Made by a program: the position numbers and the translations under genes. A stretch of 63,749 nt of DNA, counting the filler, from Intoshia linei (taxonomy: Eukaryota > Animalia > Orthonectida), in the NCBI GenBank assembly GCA_001642005.1. It is 8 parts of 8 records of this genome, joined end to end, with 100 filler letters (N's around TTAATTAATTAA, not from the genome) between each part and the next. Parts side by side here need not be neighbours in the genome. Positions count along the whole stretch, not along the records: positions 22,866 to 40,985 come from LWCA01000790.1; 7 more parts are not named here. One strand, written 5' to 3'. Within the stretch, counting starts at the first letter, position 1, and every line of letters starts with the position of its first letter. This document shows positions 24,358 through 38,600 of this stretch, piece after piece. The notes under the pieces were generated by a model. The model had not been told where the DNA came from. It saw only the letters and a list, made by a program, of their open reading frames with translations, and ran no database searches.

Positions 24358-27300
24358 ATTTTGGCAGATCGTCATAAACATCAATGTTTATTAATAAATG
24401 TATGCCGTTCAATGATGAATGTATGGAACGAAATATTATTAAGAATACAAATTTCCACAAAAAACCATTTTTTTAATAAATGTTCATTATATGAAAAATG
24501 TTGCAACAGTTTTTATCACATTTGCAATGTACTTTTGTTAAACCTCATTTCATTCAACTCAAAAGCACAGGTATTGCATGTATTAATAATACAATTTTTA
24601 TAAAATTTTAAATTAAATAATGCTAGAAAAATGACAAAATTGTTTTTCCACGGAATAATCTGTTTAATATAAATATGAAGAATGAAAATTGTAAAAATTC
24701 AAATTTTGATGTGCATTTTTTTAAATCTTTTGTCAATGTAACTCTGGAACTATTACACTTTAATAAAAGATATGAATCAATAGTTCATATTGTTCTACTT
24801 TATACTCATTTAACAAGGTAATTTTTCATCATTTTCGTTTATAATACCAAAACAGTGGCATATTTGCTTTTGAAGCATTTCCGTTACTAATACATAGCCA
24901 AAAGCAGATCATGTTGGGAAAAATAAAAGACTTGAAAAAAAATGAAATTGTTGCTCTCGTTTCGTCCAACGTTACGCCAGCTATATACGTTAAAAACAAT
25001 TTTGCCAGTAATTATATTTTATCAATTTTTATATTTATAATATTATACTTAAAATTATTACTTTAGATTTAATTTTTAAAAAAATTTCAGTCAGTGTTCC
25101 GCTCAATTACAATTATTACATTAACCAATATCATGAAATACTTAAATCTGTCGATTTGTCAATTTTACTTACAATGGCTTGCCGAACAATTGGAGATGTT
25201 TATATTAAAACAAAATCTTTATATAACGATTTCAACGAATGTAATTTTAATTTGTAAACCTATAAAAAATTTATTTAGATTCTGAAAATAATCCTCTAAA
25301 AGACGTTATAAATTTTTATGAAATACCCAACAATATTAAATATCCTCATCTGACATTTGATGAAAAAATTATTAAATTTCTCAATTCTAAATATTTTAAT
25401 GCTAACTACATTATAAAATCTTACATGTCAATTTCAAGTGTCATGTACAAAAAAGATGTATTATCATCTCGATATTATTATGAATTTTTTAAATATCAAT
25501 ACGTCATAAATAGTGAAGAGTAATTTTCAATGTTAATGTTTTTCAATTCAATTTAGAAAACATGTCTCAATTGTACACTCTATAAAATGTTTGTTTAAAA
25601 TTGAAGAATTTGGAAAAAGTTTCGAAGACTTGTATAAAAAGATTTTGCTAGTAAACTGTAAAAAGTTAAAATTTACAATATTTGATTACGTGTATGCTGG
25701 AATTGTTTTGACAACTTTTGCAAAGTATTGTATACAAAAAAAGACCAAATTAAATGTTCAATTTTGTGTGCTCGCCGCAAAATTTTTTAGAAAAATTTAT
25801 GAATATACTCCAAATATGAATTTTGATACTGATCAAGACTATAGTTTGTTTTGTTTTGATGATAAATGGAAAAGTCAAAAACTTTTACCAAATATTAATC
25901 TTTTTTGGAACAAATATACAATTAGTTACATGGACTTTTTGAGTTCATTGGAATATCTTTCTCAACAATTTATTTCCACTTTTAATTATCGAAAGGTTTT
26001 TATTCAATTTTATTCATTATATCATTTTTATAGGCATTACCTATTCTTGCATTAGCAGAATATTATTGTCTTCACGTTTATCATGATACCACCAGAATGC
26101 TTCAATTGAGAATTAAAAGACTAAGAGTATTGACAGATTTAAAATTGTATGCTGAAGCTTTTCAAGTTTTAATGATTCTCTTGAATGGGTTATTTATACC
26201 CATGCGATTATTACATACTTATAAACCTATCGATAATACTAATGATTATGTTCAATTTACTACGTCAAAGAGCATATTTTTCACGAAAAATTTAATGGTT
26301 TCATTTTTTCTTTTTAAAGATTACAAGTATATCTCTATTTGTGAATTGGTATGAGGGGTTTTAGTTTTTTGATTACCAAACTAATAGAGGGATATTTATA
26401 CTTTTATAAATGAATCAATAAATGACTTTATTTTAAAAATAAATTAATGCATTTTAGGCAATAGAATGGCTGTGTATGAAAAGATTATCTTCCAATTTAG
26501 GATCATTTTATGGGTCATACTTGACATGTATATTAGCAATTAATCAATGTCACCTTATCACTTCTATTGCGTCACACATTATTTATAAACTAGTCCCGGC
26601 CACATCTGAGGACACTACGTAATTTTTTAAACCACATTTCCGATTGATTAAGGACTGTTTGGATTAGTGCAGGGGTTCCTACACTTTTTTCACCAAGGAC
26701 CACTGAATTAAAATTACTATATGGTAATATAGTAAAATTTTAAAATAATATGATAATATATATATACATATTTATGTTAATAATTACAATATTTATTGTA
26801 TTTCAATACCTTTTATTTATACCTTCAGAAACATTTTTCAAGTACTGCTTCACGTTCCGGCACCGACACTTGAGAACCGCTGGATTAGTGCGGTTTGAAT
26901 ATATTGAAGATTCATTAACCTCACTAATCGAGGCTTACAGGGTCTTCACATTTTTGAGGGATGGTCACATTTCATCAATCTTCACAATTGTAATACAATC
27001 GTACATATAAAAATGATAATAACAAAGTTTAATTTGTAGTACTTGGTTGTTGTAGTTTTAGTACAAAGCAGAGTTGCCAGAAAATAAACTCAGTTTCTTG
27101 CAAATTAGATTGAAGATCTTGATACATTTATTTGTTGAGAAAAAGTTCAAATTGAAAACAAAAATTAACATAAATATAATTGTATTCATTTAGTATCTGA
27201 TTGTGACGCATAATTATGGTTATAATCAATTTCTGAGTCGGGATCATTAAATTTATTCCTTTCATTATCATATATTGATGAATTAAAATAATAAAATTAA

Positions 27301-30300
27301 TTAATTTTGTTCTCCATGTTTAGTTATACAGTTTATTTTTTTAGATTTGTTTGTAGCTCAATTTTTTTGGATGCTTTGAATACAATTTAAATTATGTAAA
27401 TAGCCAGAATTCGAGAAATTAAATCGTTAATAAAATCCAAAAAAATTGAGCCACAAACAAATTTAAAAAAATAAATAGTATACCTATATATATAAATAGG
27501 AGTCCGTAAATTTTTTTTGTATATAAAAAGTGGCCACGAGAGGCAAAAAACTGCCGACCCCTCATGTATATTATCGTTTTTCAACCCAACCAAATGCTCC
27601 ACTATACAAAAACTAATCAGTCTCTAATCTGGTGAACTAGAGAGAGATTACTGTATTTTAATTTCACATTTAGAACTGAAAAAAATTATACATTTGATGA
27701 TTCTATATCAATTAAAACACAATCAAATGCGCAAGGTATATTGGGTACAATTAAACCAAATCAATTGGGTGTAAATTTTGAAAATTCAAAAAGCCGGAGC
27801 GCTTCAAATAATCAAAATAGGCGCAATAGTAAAGACGATAGACGAAATAGTGTCACGTTCAACAATGTCGTAAGACCGTTTTCAAATTTTACAGACATGT
27901 CAATTCGGAATGTCGCTTTGAATCAAGATGTAATTTTGGACCAAAATCTGAAAAAATTTATACTGTCAAGTGCATTCCAAATTTGTTCTGATATGACGGC
28001 TGCAATAATTGACAATTACACTAGCGGAAATATGAGTAATATTAAATATTGATACAAATTATTGTTTTTATCCAACAGGTTTTTGGTGATTGATATTAGA
28101 AACCCCCTTGAAATTAAACTTACTTTTATTGATGTTTATGGAAAAATATACTAAACTTGGAAAAAATATAATTTAATGATCGATAGTAGTATAACCGGGC
28201 ATGTCGTGCACTTCACTGGTTGACATTTCCCAATTCTTATCGTCCTGTTATCAAAATTTTTCATTAACCACCAGTATAATAATAATAATAATAACCGCTT
28301 AAATAATTATAAAATGATGGAAAAAACCGTTACCGTTCAGATAACACTAGATGTAACTACTAATCACAACTTTGAGCAATTTTAATAATTCTTGATATAG
28401 TCTTGATTTAGGCAAGAAAAAATTGAATTGCATTGAAATGGAAATAATAATTGAATGTCGATTTATTTTGATTTCTATTTACCTTCAAGAAAAGAAATGG
28501 CCGTATGCTCAATTAATTTCTGAATCGATAATATCGTTATTGAAAATTTCAAACATTTTTGAAAATAAAATAGATTGGTAATTATTAATAAATTAGTCTA
28601 GTGGTGCACAACCTTTTTCGTTGGAAGGACCCCATATTGAAAAATTTAATATAAATTAAACTTATAATAAATTCAAAAAGGTCGCACATCGTATTTCTTT
28701 AAATTATAAACTAATCGTAAAACATTAAATTAGATAATATTTATATTATTTGTTTTTTAATGATTCATAACTATCATAACATAACTAGACGAAATAGTAT
28801 CTAAAAAAATAGTTATGCACCACCAATTGGTCGCATATACATGTATTAATAACACCAACTGGTTTACACTAAAAATTGCTCGCTATAATACAAGAATATT
28901 AAACTAGGAATTATTAATCCGATTTTACAAAACCTGATGAGAAAATTCACTTAATGAAAGTCCAAAATAGAAAATACAATTTTACCAACCCTTGAGGGAA
29001 AAATCTCCATTTTCAATATTTTTTTTGAAAAATTTGATTTTACCAAATCTTATGATATAAAACCTCTTATTCCAACCCCAAAATAAAGATCCAATTTTAT
29101 CTTCTTTTTCCAATATTTAATTTTCAAATATAAATTCTTTAATGCTGAATTTTGAAAAATGAGGCCCCATCTTACAAAAATTTCGTCGTTCCTCTAACAC
29201 AAAGAGAACCTTGGTAGGTTGGGATCTAATTTTTCCTTATTAAAGGTTGAATATACGTGATTTATTGTATAATTCTTATTTTAGTTTTAAATTAATTTAT
29301 TATGATGATATCTCATCTCAATACAAATATCAAGAAATCGAAGTTGCTCAAAAATTTAATATGGGTTGTTGGTTTCGAACAATGTTTAACTTTTTTTATT
29401 GTAAAATATTTTGTTATAATCATGTCAACCAATCTCGATTGTTGGAAGGAGGTAATATACTGAAATTTAAATTAAATTAATTTTTTTTAAATTTTTTAAT
29501 AGCTAATGAAATGGACATTTCAATCGAAAATGATAAAATTGTTTCTTTATTGGATTGTACAATAGCATTTACAAAAAGTTACAATTATGAATCATATCAA
29601 CTTTTATTTTTGATTTTGGAATGGAAATATAAAATGCAAAATGGATATTTGCCAAATATAATGCTAGAAAAATTGAAGGTAAAATAAAATAAATTTTATC
29701 CATCTTTTAGAAAATTTTTGAATTGTATGATTCATTTAATGAAAATGAAATACCGCCCTTTGCTTTAAATTGTATACAAGAATTTATGGAATACGAAATC
29801 TCTTTAAATTATGTATTGGGGTCAGATAAATGTCATGATTTGATTGAAAAATTCATATCAAACATTTATAAATTATATCATCAAAAGGTAATTTTAATAT
29901 TTTAATAATGTTATAAAAAGGTAATTAAAAATTTTTTTAGTCGGAATTGAAAACAAAGATGTTATCAATTTCAAATGTATCTTTAAAAATTCCCATTGAT
30001 TTTCCAAAAAATTATTTTTGTGACGCATACTTTGTTCTGGCTATAAATTTAACCAGGTGTGTACAATTGATGATAATTGCGGATGAAACCCATCACGAGT
30101 AATTTTTTATTCATTTAGCAAATATTATATTTTATATAGTATTTCGGATTGGAGAGGAGTATTTTTCTTGCTGTATAAATCATTAAATTTGTTGAATGCT
30201 ATCGATTCTAGTCATTATTGTTTAAAATCTGAAATTTTAAACACATTGGGTACCATAAAAATTATTGCCATGAAAAATAATGAAAATGAATCAAATATAC

Positions 30301-33300
30301 TTGAACCGTTCATTGAGGCTTTTTTTATACAACTCTATTATATCAACGATTTAAAGTAATAATAACATTAAAATTTTAATTTTTTAAATTTTGTACCAGA
30401 TCCATGAAATACATATTACTTCAAATACTGTTCATTTTGTTATATAAATTCAATTACATGAAAATGAATTTAAGGAAACACTTTGATTTCATCCAACCCT
30501 TAAAAAGATCAAATAGTAAAATTGATCACAGGATATCAAAGGTGATATTAAATAATTGATTATTTATTTATATTTATTTTAAAATATAGACAAGTAAAGT
30601 AAAAAAAAGCCCTGCTACAGAAGTATCAATTGATAAAAATAATATTGCCTATTGTGTTAAAATGATTTCTACAATTATGCAAATTGAAGAAATTATCGCA
30701 AAATCTCATTCAGATATTTCTACCGTTAGTATTAGAGATATAACTCATGTCAGTGAACCAGTTATCACGGAATTACTGGCTAATGAAATTTTTACTAAAC
30801 ATCATATAGATATGCAAGGTAAATGATACGTTTATTTGTCCATTAATTGATAGTTAATTAGCAATGCTAATTTAGGATGGAAATTTATTTTTTAAAGACG
30901 GGTATGGAGAGGTGGATAAGGCATTTTAGGATTTTTTGAGGTGCTTATTTTTAATTTTCTAGGCTTCGAGTGAAATAGGTGCAGAGTCCTGAATAGAAAA
31001 GTCACCAATTTAAAATATAGACATGTTTAAATATGATCTCTTTTAGAAAAATGTTTTAAAAACAATCAATCTGACAGCGATATGAAGTATCGATATGAAA
31101 AAGTTCGAATGACTTCAGTTTGGAGCCATCTAGACAATATTAAAAGATTTTTGCAATTGCGAAATGTAGAGAAATTGGGAGTTGCTGAAAAAACTGAATT
31201 GAATGATAAAATTAAAATATTATTTTCAGCCGGTCGTGTTTTCAAAAGAAAAATTGGTGAAATCATCCAAAATTCTGCCATCACATGGTCTAATCTGTAT
31301 GGTAAGATTATACGTTTTAAATATTGTATAAAATTTTATACTAACGTATAAATAACTTAAAAAATAGTTTTGTGTCCTTTTTAAGAGTTAGAATATTACA
31401 ATTTAAAAGTTTTTTAAGTTTTCTCAATTTTTTTTTCAAAAAATATAGTTTTAATTTGACTATAAAGGTGATGCAATTAATTTTAAACGTTGGCCAGATA
31501 AGACGGAACAAAAATGCACGGGTTAAATAAAAACAATAAATTTGACATAATTTATATTTTTAAAAGAATGTTTTTATTTTAAAAAAGGATTATTTGTGTT
31601 TTTGACCCTGAAAGATTCGATTTCTGAAAATGACGTTTGCGATAAAACTTTAATAACACCCTCGAAAAAGTGAATTAAAAATTGGTGTTTTTAAAAAATT
31701 ACGCCTCGTACTGTCTTAAATAAATGGTGTATACATTTTTAACTAAATCCTAATTTATATTAAAAAATTTGTCTGTTTGTCTGTGTGTTATCGTTTAGTT
31801 CAATAACTAAAAGTCTTTTCTTTTAGTCTAATTTTTAAAATTCCACGTTTCCATTACAGTTTTTTCCTGGGTAAAAGTAAAATACATTTAAATCTCAGAA
31901 ATTGAGTCGTTTAAGGACAAAACCCCCAATTGTTTCTTTTTTTTTTAAATTAAACCAGTCCTAGAAATATAAAAAATACACAATCTGATCAAGATTTTAA
32001 TATCATCAATATTGTGATAATTTTCAATTTTATATTTTCAGAGCCAAAACTCCAAATTTTCTTACTTATATAATATGCTATGCAATATTTGTTTTTGTGT
32101 GCTACCGTTTATTTCAATAACTACTAGTCTTAGAATTTTATAAAGTCCACATTTCAATTACAGTTTTTTCCGGGGTGTTAGCAAAATAACATTTCAACCT
32201 CCCAAACTCACATCTTATGGGTCAAAAAGTTTAATTGTCCTTTTTTTTGAAAATCAAACGAGTTCGAGAATGAAAAAAAATATATGTTCAGGGCCAAAAC
32301 CAAAAATTACCCTTTTTTTTAATGCAAACAGCCCTAGAATTTAAAAAAATACAGGTGGTACAGTAATATCTTGTTAACACACACAAAAAATTTCAATCTT
32401 AATAAGTGACACCTTTATGGTTAAAAAAGCATTTTAGTATTCATATATTTTTTTTCCGAAATATTTTATTAAAACAAAAAATGTGAATAATTTACTTATC
32501 AAATTGAAAATGATAAAATAGGTTTTTATAATTTTATTTTTTCTGGAATTTATGCTATAATTCACTTTAAAGTAAAAAGTAATGTGATATGACGGTTCCA
32601 CCTGAAACAAGTTTGGAAACCACTCTTTTAAAGAATTGATAATAGTGAATAGTCGGATTTTTAATTAGATTTTCAACGTAAATTTATTTTTGTAGTAGAA
32701 TAAAAATGTGCCCTCGGCAGAGCTAGGTGCTGTTTGTACGTATTACATAACAGTTAACCTAGTACGGTATATTTCGGGTTATTAATACATTTCATAATGT
32801 CATAATACGAATAATATTTAATTTTGATAAAATTTTCTTCAGAATTTTACAATATATATGTACGAAATAATGAACTTGTCTGGGATAAAATGAACACATC
32901 TGAAACGACAAATTTGAATGATTCTTTTGATAACGAAAATATGGAAAATGAATCAAAAGTTTGTAATCACTTATTATACAAAAATGTAATTAATCGTCGA
33001 AACAATGAATCTCTTCAAAATATGATTATGAATGTTATGAATACTTTCCATCCTGTTATTAATGAAAAATTAACTTGTTTAAAATCAATTTGGAAACAAT
33101 TTTGTCAGTCCTACAAGACTGAAACTGATAATTGCATTTCCAAATATAAGAATAGTAATATTTCGTCATTTGAATATTCCAATAAAGAAACTACTGATGG
33201 TACATTACTATATTAATATTATAATTATACAAGTACTGCATTTACCATTACTGTATTGCAATTAAAATTAATATTCTTATACTTAAAATTAATTTTTACC

Positions 33301-34154
33301 ACAGAAGAGGAAAGGTCAAAAGAAAATACACCAAAATCTAATATAAATGCTAGAGAAGGTTCACAGAATTCTGAAATTTTTGGAATTTACACCAAATCTT
33401 GTCAATCTTATCCCGTGTGCGCAAAAAATAAAAATGAAATTTTGACTCTTGTTATTTGTATTTATAAAAGAATTGATCCGACACCAATAATTTTTTGCAA
33501 AAAATTTATTTTGAAGGAATTTTTAAAAGTCAAAAATGAGTAATGTTTATTTTCATGCATGTTTCTGATTCATTTAATTTTTATCAAAGGTTCGAAAAAA
33601 ACATTTACAAGTACAAAAAAAAGCCTCTAATAAAAAGTAAAAAGGGTAAAACTCCTCATACCAAGAATGATGAACACGAGGTAATATTGTACAATTATTA
33701 TGTATGTATTAATACTTTTTATTATTTCAGTATATTATAGTAAAAACCCCCAAAAAACGTATAAAATAAATTTTTAATTTTTCAAAATTGTATAAATTCC
33801 GTTATAGGGTATTTACATGACATTCAGACATAAATGTTCCGTTAATATGGATGATAAGACTATTCACTTTGGTTAAAATTTAAATTTAATGTCAAATTTA
33901 GCAACTTCACTATAAAATTTTACAGTCAGTAGACTATTTGTTAAAGTCTGATTATGATGAAAAAACATCCAAAGATGTTTTAAACAAAGAATATGAAGTT
34001 TTATTTATGCTTAAATCATTTTAATTTTTTTTAGAAAATTGCTCATACAATAAAAAAGTCTACCGATCCCATTGAAAATATTTTCAATATCAAACATGGA
34101 TTTTATATTAAAGATGCAAAATTAATTTCAAATATTATAAATATTATTAATTAA
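24358..34154 (+). CDS. CFAP54: Cilia- and flagella-associated protein 54 (C-terminal half, multi-exon)
   Basis: Spliced peptides resemble CFAP54: LINVCRSMMN; RYESIVHIVLLY...PLLIHSQKQI; CVLAAKFF; YRK|ALPILALAEYY...RMLQLRIKRLRVLTDLKLYAEAF; final exon IENIFNIKHGFYIKD...*, TAA at 34152-34154. Confidence 0.8.
26670..26882. mobile_element. hAT-family MITE
   Basis: CAGGGGTTCC...GAACCGCTG ends with an 8-bp TSD GATTAGTG. Confidence 0.8.
31748..32762 (+). mobile_element. Non-autonomous Helitron copy (composite of two 5' segments) in a CFAP54 intron
   Basis: A|TCCTAATTTATAT start and GCCCTCGGCAGAGCTAGG...CCTAG|T end; homologous to 17797-19175. Confidence 0.75.
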
Positions 34155-34473
34155 ATATATTATTTTATTCATAATTGAATTGACACGAACAGTGAACACT
34201 TGGTGAAGGGTAATAAAAATTATATATAAGAGATTTTTGTCAGTTTTCATATTTAATCATTTACAAAATAGATTAGTATTCATATATTTTGTTTCTGAAA
34301 TATGTACTACAATTTCGGAGTAAATGAGAATAATTTCAACTTACAACTTGTAGACTACAAGTCCAGTTAAAAATTTAAAAGAGTTGCAATTAGGAAAACA
34401 AATGTAGTTTTGAGATTATGATAGCATATATTCTGAATCAAATTCATTTCACTGTGACGATTGTAAACAAAAA

Positions 34474-35013
34474 ATGGAAAACTGGGAAAATTACAAAATA
34501 AACAAGATAGACAAATATGTACTGAGAAGAATAGGTAGAACATTTGACGTTGGATGTATTTATGCTCTGGATATATCTGGTCAAAATTTGAGGAACTTGG
34601 GCGAAATAAATTTATGCATTGAATTAAAATATTTAGATGCAAGTAAGAATAAATTAGAATCACTGGGCAATGTATCAAAATTAAAAAAATTAGAACATTT
34701 CGACCTGCACAATAACGAATTAAGTAAATTAGAAGGAATAGGAAACCTGACATCATTAATAAGTTTGAATTTATCTGGAAATAGAATAAACAAAATTGAA
34801 TCTTTGCATATACTCCGCAAATTGAACCTAAAAAGACTAATTCTAAGAAACAGAAAGAGCAAATTGACAAATCCATTTATACTACAATTAGAATGTAACC
34901 ATTCAGAAACGGACGATATGTATTTAGATTGTTACAAAAGCGTTGTCGCTAATACGCTACCAAATGTAAAGTTTCTTGATGGAATACCCGCTTTGGGTTC
35001 AAAAAATACGTAA
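34474..35013 (+). CDS. LRRC61: Leucine-rich repeat-containing protein 61
   Basis: Intronless 179-aa ORF with SDS22-like LRRs, N-terminal FDVGCIYALDISGQNLRNLG...CIELKYLDASKN and cap TNPF...Y...V...LPNVKFLDG, typical of LRRC61. Confidence 0.8.
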   Translation: MENWENYKINKIDKYVLRRIGRTFDVGCIYALDISGQNLRNLGEINLCIELKYLDASKNKLESLGNVSKLKKLEHFDLHNNELSKLEGIGNLTSLISLNLSGNRINKIESLHILRKLNLKRLILRNRKSKLTNPFILQLECNHSETDDMYLDCYKSVVANTLPNVKFLDGIPALGSKNT

Positions 35014-35020
35014 ATAAACT

Positions 35021-35499
35021 TTAATCAAAACCCACTATATGTCCTTTGCTTTCTTTCAAAGTAATGGCTCTTTTATGACCCACATTCTAAATTTTTTAAA
35101 GTGTTTCAAAGATTTTCAAACCAATTGAGTCATTTCCGCTTCCTGTACATAAATTTTGACATTGGTGTGAATTTTTTTGTTTTTTCTAACGAATAAAAAT
35201 TAAACCTTTAAAATAAACCTGTCGTAGATGGATTCAAATGGAACGGCTACTAAAAATTTTAACCCGTAATCTAAAAATGCCGTATCGTTTGTGAAATCAA
35301 CGACTTTTGCCGAATAAACTTTTCCAGAATTATCTCCTATTCTAAATTGACTCGACTCTCTGAGTAATTGATCAAAAATAGCGTATTCTTCATTTTTGTA
35401 TGGTTTATTTAGTTTTTCAGTGTAATACGTCAATTTGTGATTTAAACGAAAAATGTTTTTTTTGAAAAGTTGACATGTTAGAATAGTAATTTTATTCAT
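35021..35499 (-). CDS. MRPS28: Mitochondrial ribosomal protein S28 (bS1m), 3 exons
   Basis: FDQLLRESSQFRIGDNSGKVYSAKVVDFTNDTAFLDYGLKF...R|KNKKIHTNVKIYVQEAEMTQL|NVGHKRAITLKESKGHIVGFD*, with two ~33-35-nt GT-AG introns. Confidence 0.75.
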
Positions 35500-35606
35500 T
35501 ATCAATTAGAAAATTGTAAAGAAGTTGTATTGATTTTGTATATATTCAAAGCAACCTGGAAAATATATTTTTGTGAAATTGGGGATTTAGATTTAAATTT
35601 ATTTAA

Positions 35607-38600
35607 ATGATTAGGTTCAATGATACCACACTTTTAACTCAACTACAAACCAATACAAAAAATATAAGAAACATTTCGATTTTAGCTCATGTTGACCACG
35701 GTTTTTTAAAATTAACATTATAGTTACTTTTGTTAGGAAAAACTACATTGGCAGATTCACTTATAGCTAGCAATAACATAATTTCGAAAGGGTCTGCCGG
35801 ACAAATTAGATATCTTGACAGCCGCCAAGACGAGCAACGGAGAGGTATAACAATGAAAACAAGCTGTATTAGTTTAATTCATGAACGAGAAAAAGAAAAG
35901 TACCTTATAAACCTTTTGGATTCTCCTGGGCATGTCGATTTTAGCAGTGAAGTTAGCGCGGCTGCTCAACTTAGTGACGGAGCTTTGATTATTATCTGTG
36001 TCGTGGAAGGAATTTCGGCTCAAACTCGTTATGTATTAAAACAAGCTAGAAGGTGTGGGCTGCGTTGTATATTAGTCTTGAACAAAATTGACAGATTACT
36101 ACTTGAAACTACTCAATCTTTGAGTGAGTGTTACGATAAATTGAAAAATATTATTTCTGAAGCTAATATTTTAATGGGATCTTTAAAAACCGAATGCATG
36201 GAAGATGAAACTGATAAATTTGATAATTTGGATAAAGAATTTCAATATTTCGACCCCCGAAAACGAAATGTTCTTTTTGTGTCTGCTATTGATAATATGG
36301 GATTTCGACTTTATGATTTTGCTGTCATGTATGCTGATAAATTTAATACTAGTATAAGAAAATGCGAATTGGCTCTGTGGGGGAATTGCCAATATGATAA
36401 AACCAAATCTAAATTTGTACATATCAAGAATCAGGTATTTATTTTTTGTAAGGGTAAAACGGTAGATTTTGACCGTCGACGTGCCAATTTTTGAAATTTT
36501 TTTGGAATCTGAATTTTCTCTATAAATGGTTACACATTGTGACCTATTTTTAGCAATAATTACATTATATGGCGTCCATTCTAAGGGGCGACATGGATTT
36601 GAGCGATACATCTTAGCAACATAATCATCGAATTTACTAATTTATCATATTATTGATATTGATATTAAATAGTGTATTCACGAAATTTTAGTGGGTTTCT
36701 TTATTCATTTTTTATTATCTTATATTCATAATTTTGTTACCAAAATTTTTTTAGGGCTTAAGAAAGTTTTTTTACCCAATTTTTAAAGTTTTTTAAGATA
36801 TTTTTTGGCAAAAAATTTGGTATGGTTTTTAGGGGAATATTTTTTTCTACCATTTTTTTAAAGATTTTGAAATAATTTTAGGATTAAATTTTTTTTTAGG
36901 GTTCAAGAAAGTTTTTTTACCCAATTTTTAAAGGTTTTCAAGATATTTTTTGGCTAAAATTTTGTATGGTTTTTAAGGGAACAAGTTTTTAAAGGGTTTG
37001 AAAATATTTTTCGGCCTAAATAAGAATAGGGCTTAAGGAAGTTTTTTTTACCCAATTTTTAAAAATTTTGAAGATATTTTTTGGCCAAAATTTTGTATGG
37101 TTTTTAAGGGAATTTTTTTTTTTACCATTTTTAAAAAATTTTGGATATAATTTTGTTACCAATATTTTGTTATTAGGGTTTAAGTGAAGTTTTTTTCAAC
37201 CAATTTTTAAAGATTTTGAAGATTCTATAAAATGTCATCCAATTTTACCAACCCTTAAGGGAAAAAACCCTTTTTCCAATATTTTTTTAAAAAACACGGT
37301 TTTACCAAATCTTATGAGCAACGACTTGCTAATTCAAAACCCAAAATAAAAAATCAAATTTACCAACCCTCAATAAAAAAATTCTCATTTTCCAATATTT
37401 TTATGAAAAACACGATGTTACTAAATTATATGATGAAAAACCTTTAATTTTTTCATCAATGTTTTATATTCATGTTTCCCTTGGGTTCAAAAAAATAAAT
37501 ATTTTGAAATGGGGTCCGTACACTCTTTGAACTGTGAAGCAGTGCATTAAACCAATGAAAAAATGAAAATATTTTGATTTTTATTTCCAATTTTATCATC
37601 ATTTTCACATTTGATTTTTAATTTTAACCGAAAAAGATTTATTATAATTATGATGTTAGTCATTTTAAGTTAAAATTTAACGGAATTTTTTTCGTTAACG
37701 AGGAACTCTGTAAAATAGAAATTAGCCTGTAATTAATTAAATATATTTAGAAAAAGACAAATTTATTTACCTCATTTATTTTAAAAATGTTAAAAGAAGT
37801 TTACAATTTATTTATCACTGAACAGTATTAAAATACACTTGATTACTATATAATTTTTTTAGTGATACAGAAAAGATACAAATTTTATTTGACAAGTACA
37901 ATATAAAAATTTCTGCAAATAGATTAAAAAATAATAATCCAAGATTACTATTGAAATTATTTTTTCAAAATTGGATGCCTTTAGATAAATCTGTTATTGG
38001 TTTAATTATTCAAATAATATATTAAGTTTAAATTTAACAGCCTCAATAATTGATGTAATACCGAACCCTGTAGACACTTCACATAAAATTGATTACCTCT
38101 TTCCGAAAATCTGTTTCGACAAAGATTATTTAAATGTTATAGATTCGTTACACATTGGTAATTTGAAATTTAATCTAACATTTTAAATACATTTTATTTA
38201 GATTTTAAAAATAAAAAAAGTAAAAATAATGTAGCATTTGTATCAAAATCAATGTGTTTGGACTTGGATGCTCTTAATAGTCAGACACAATTGTACATTA
38301 TACTTTTCTGGTTTTATATAATTTTAGGTATAACATATTTACAAAATCGGAATCCAAATCAAAATACGCTTTTCTTGGGATATCAAGGCTAATGAGTGGT
38401 ATATTGAAGAAAGGAGATTTAATGTTTTTTCTGGGTCCAAAATATAAACTGCTTGAAACTATTCAAGAAGTGATATTTAATTTACGTGTATTAATTGATA
38501 GTTAGGACAAGACAAATATATAACCACACAACAATATTTAGACGAAAATATGGATATTCCACATGTTGACGTATTCACCATTACTGAAATATATCTGATT

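Noticed and set aside
34367-34876. Antisense ORFs over LRRC61 (and 36183-36611 over EFL1)
   Set aside because: Shadow ORFs of real coding strands with no motifs.
34474-35013. Intronless LRRC61 as a recent retrocopy
   Set aside because: No poly(A) or TSD hallmarks; a short single-exon CDS is not unusual for this gene.
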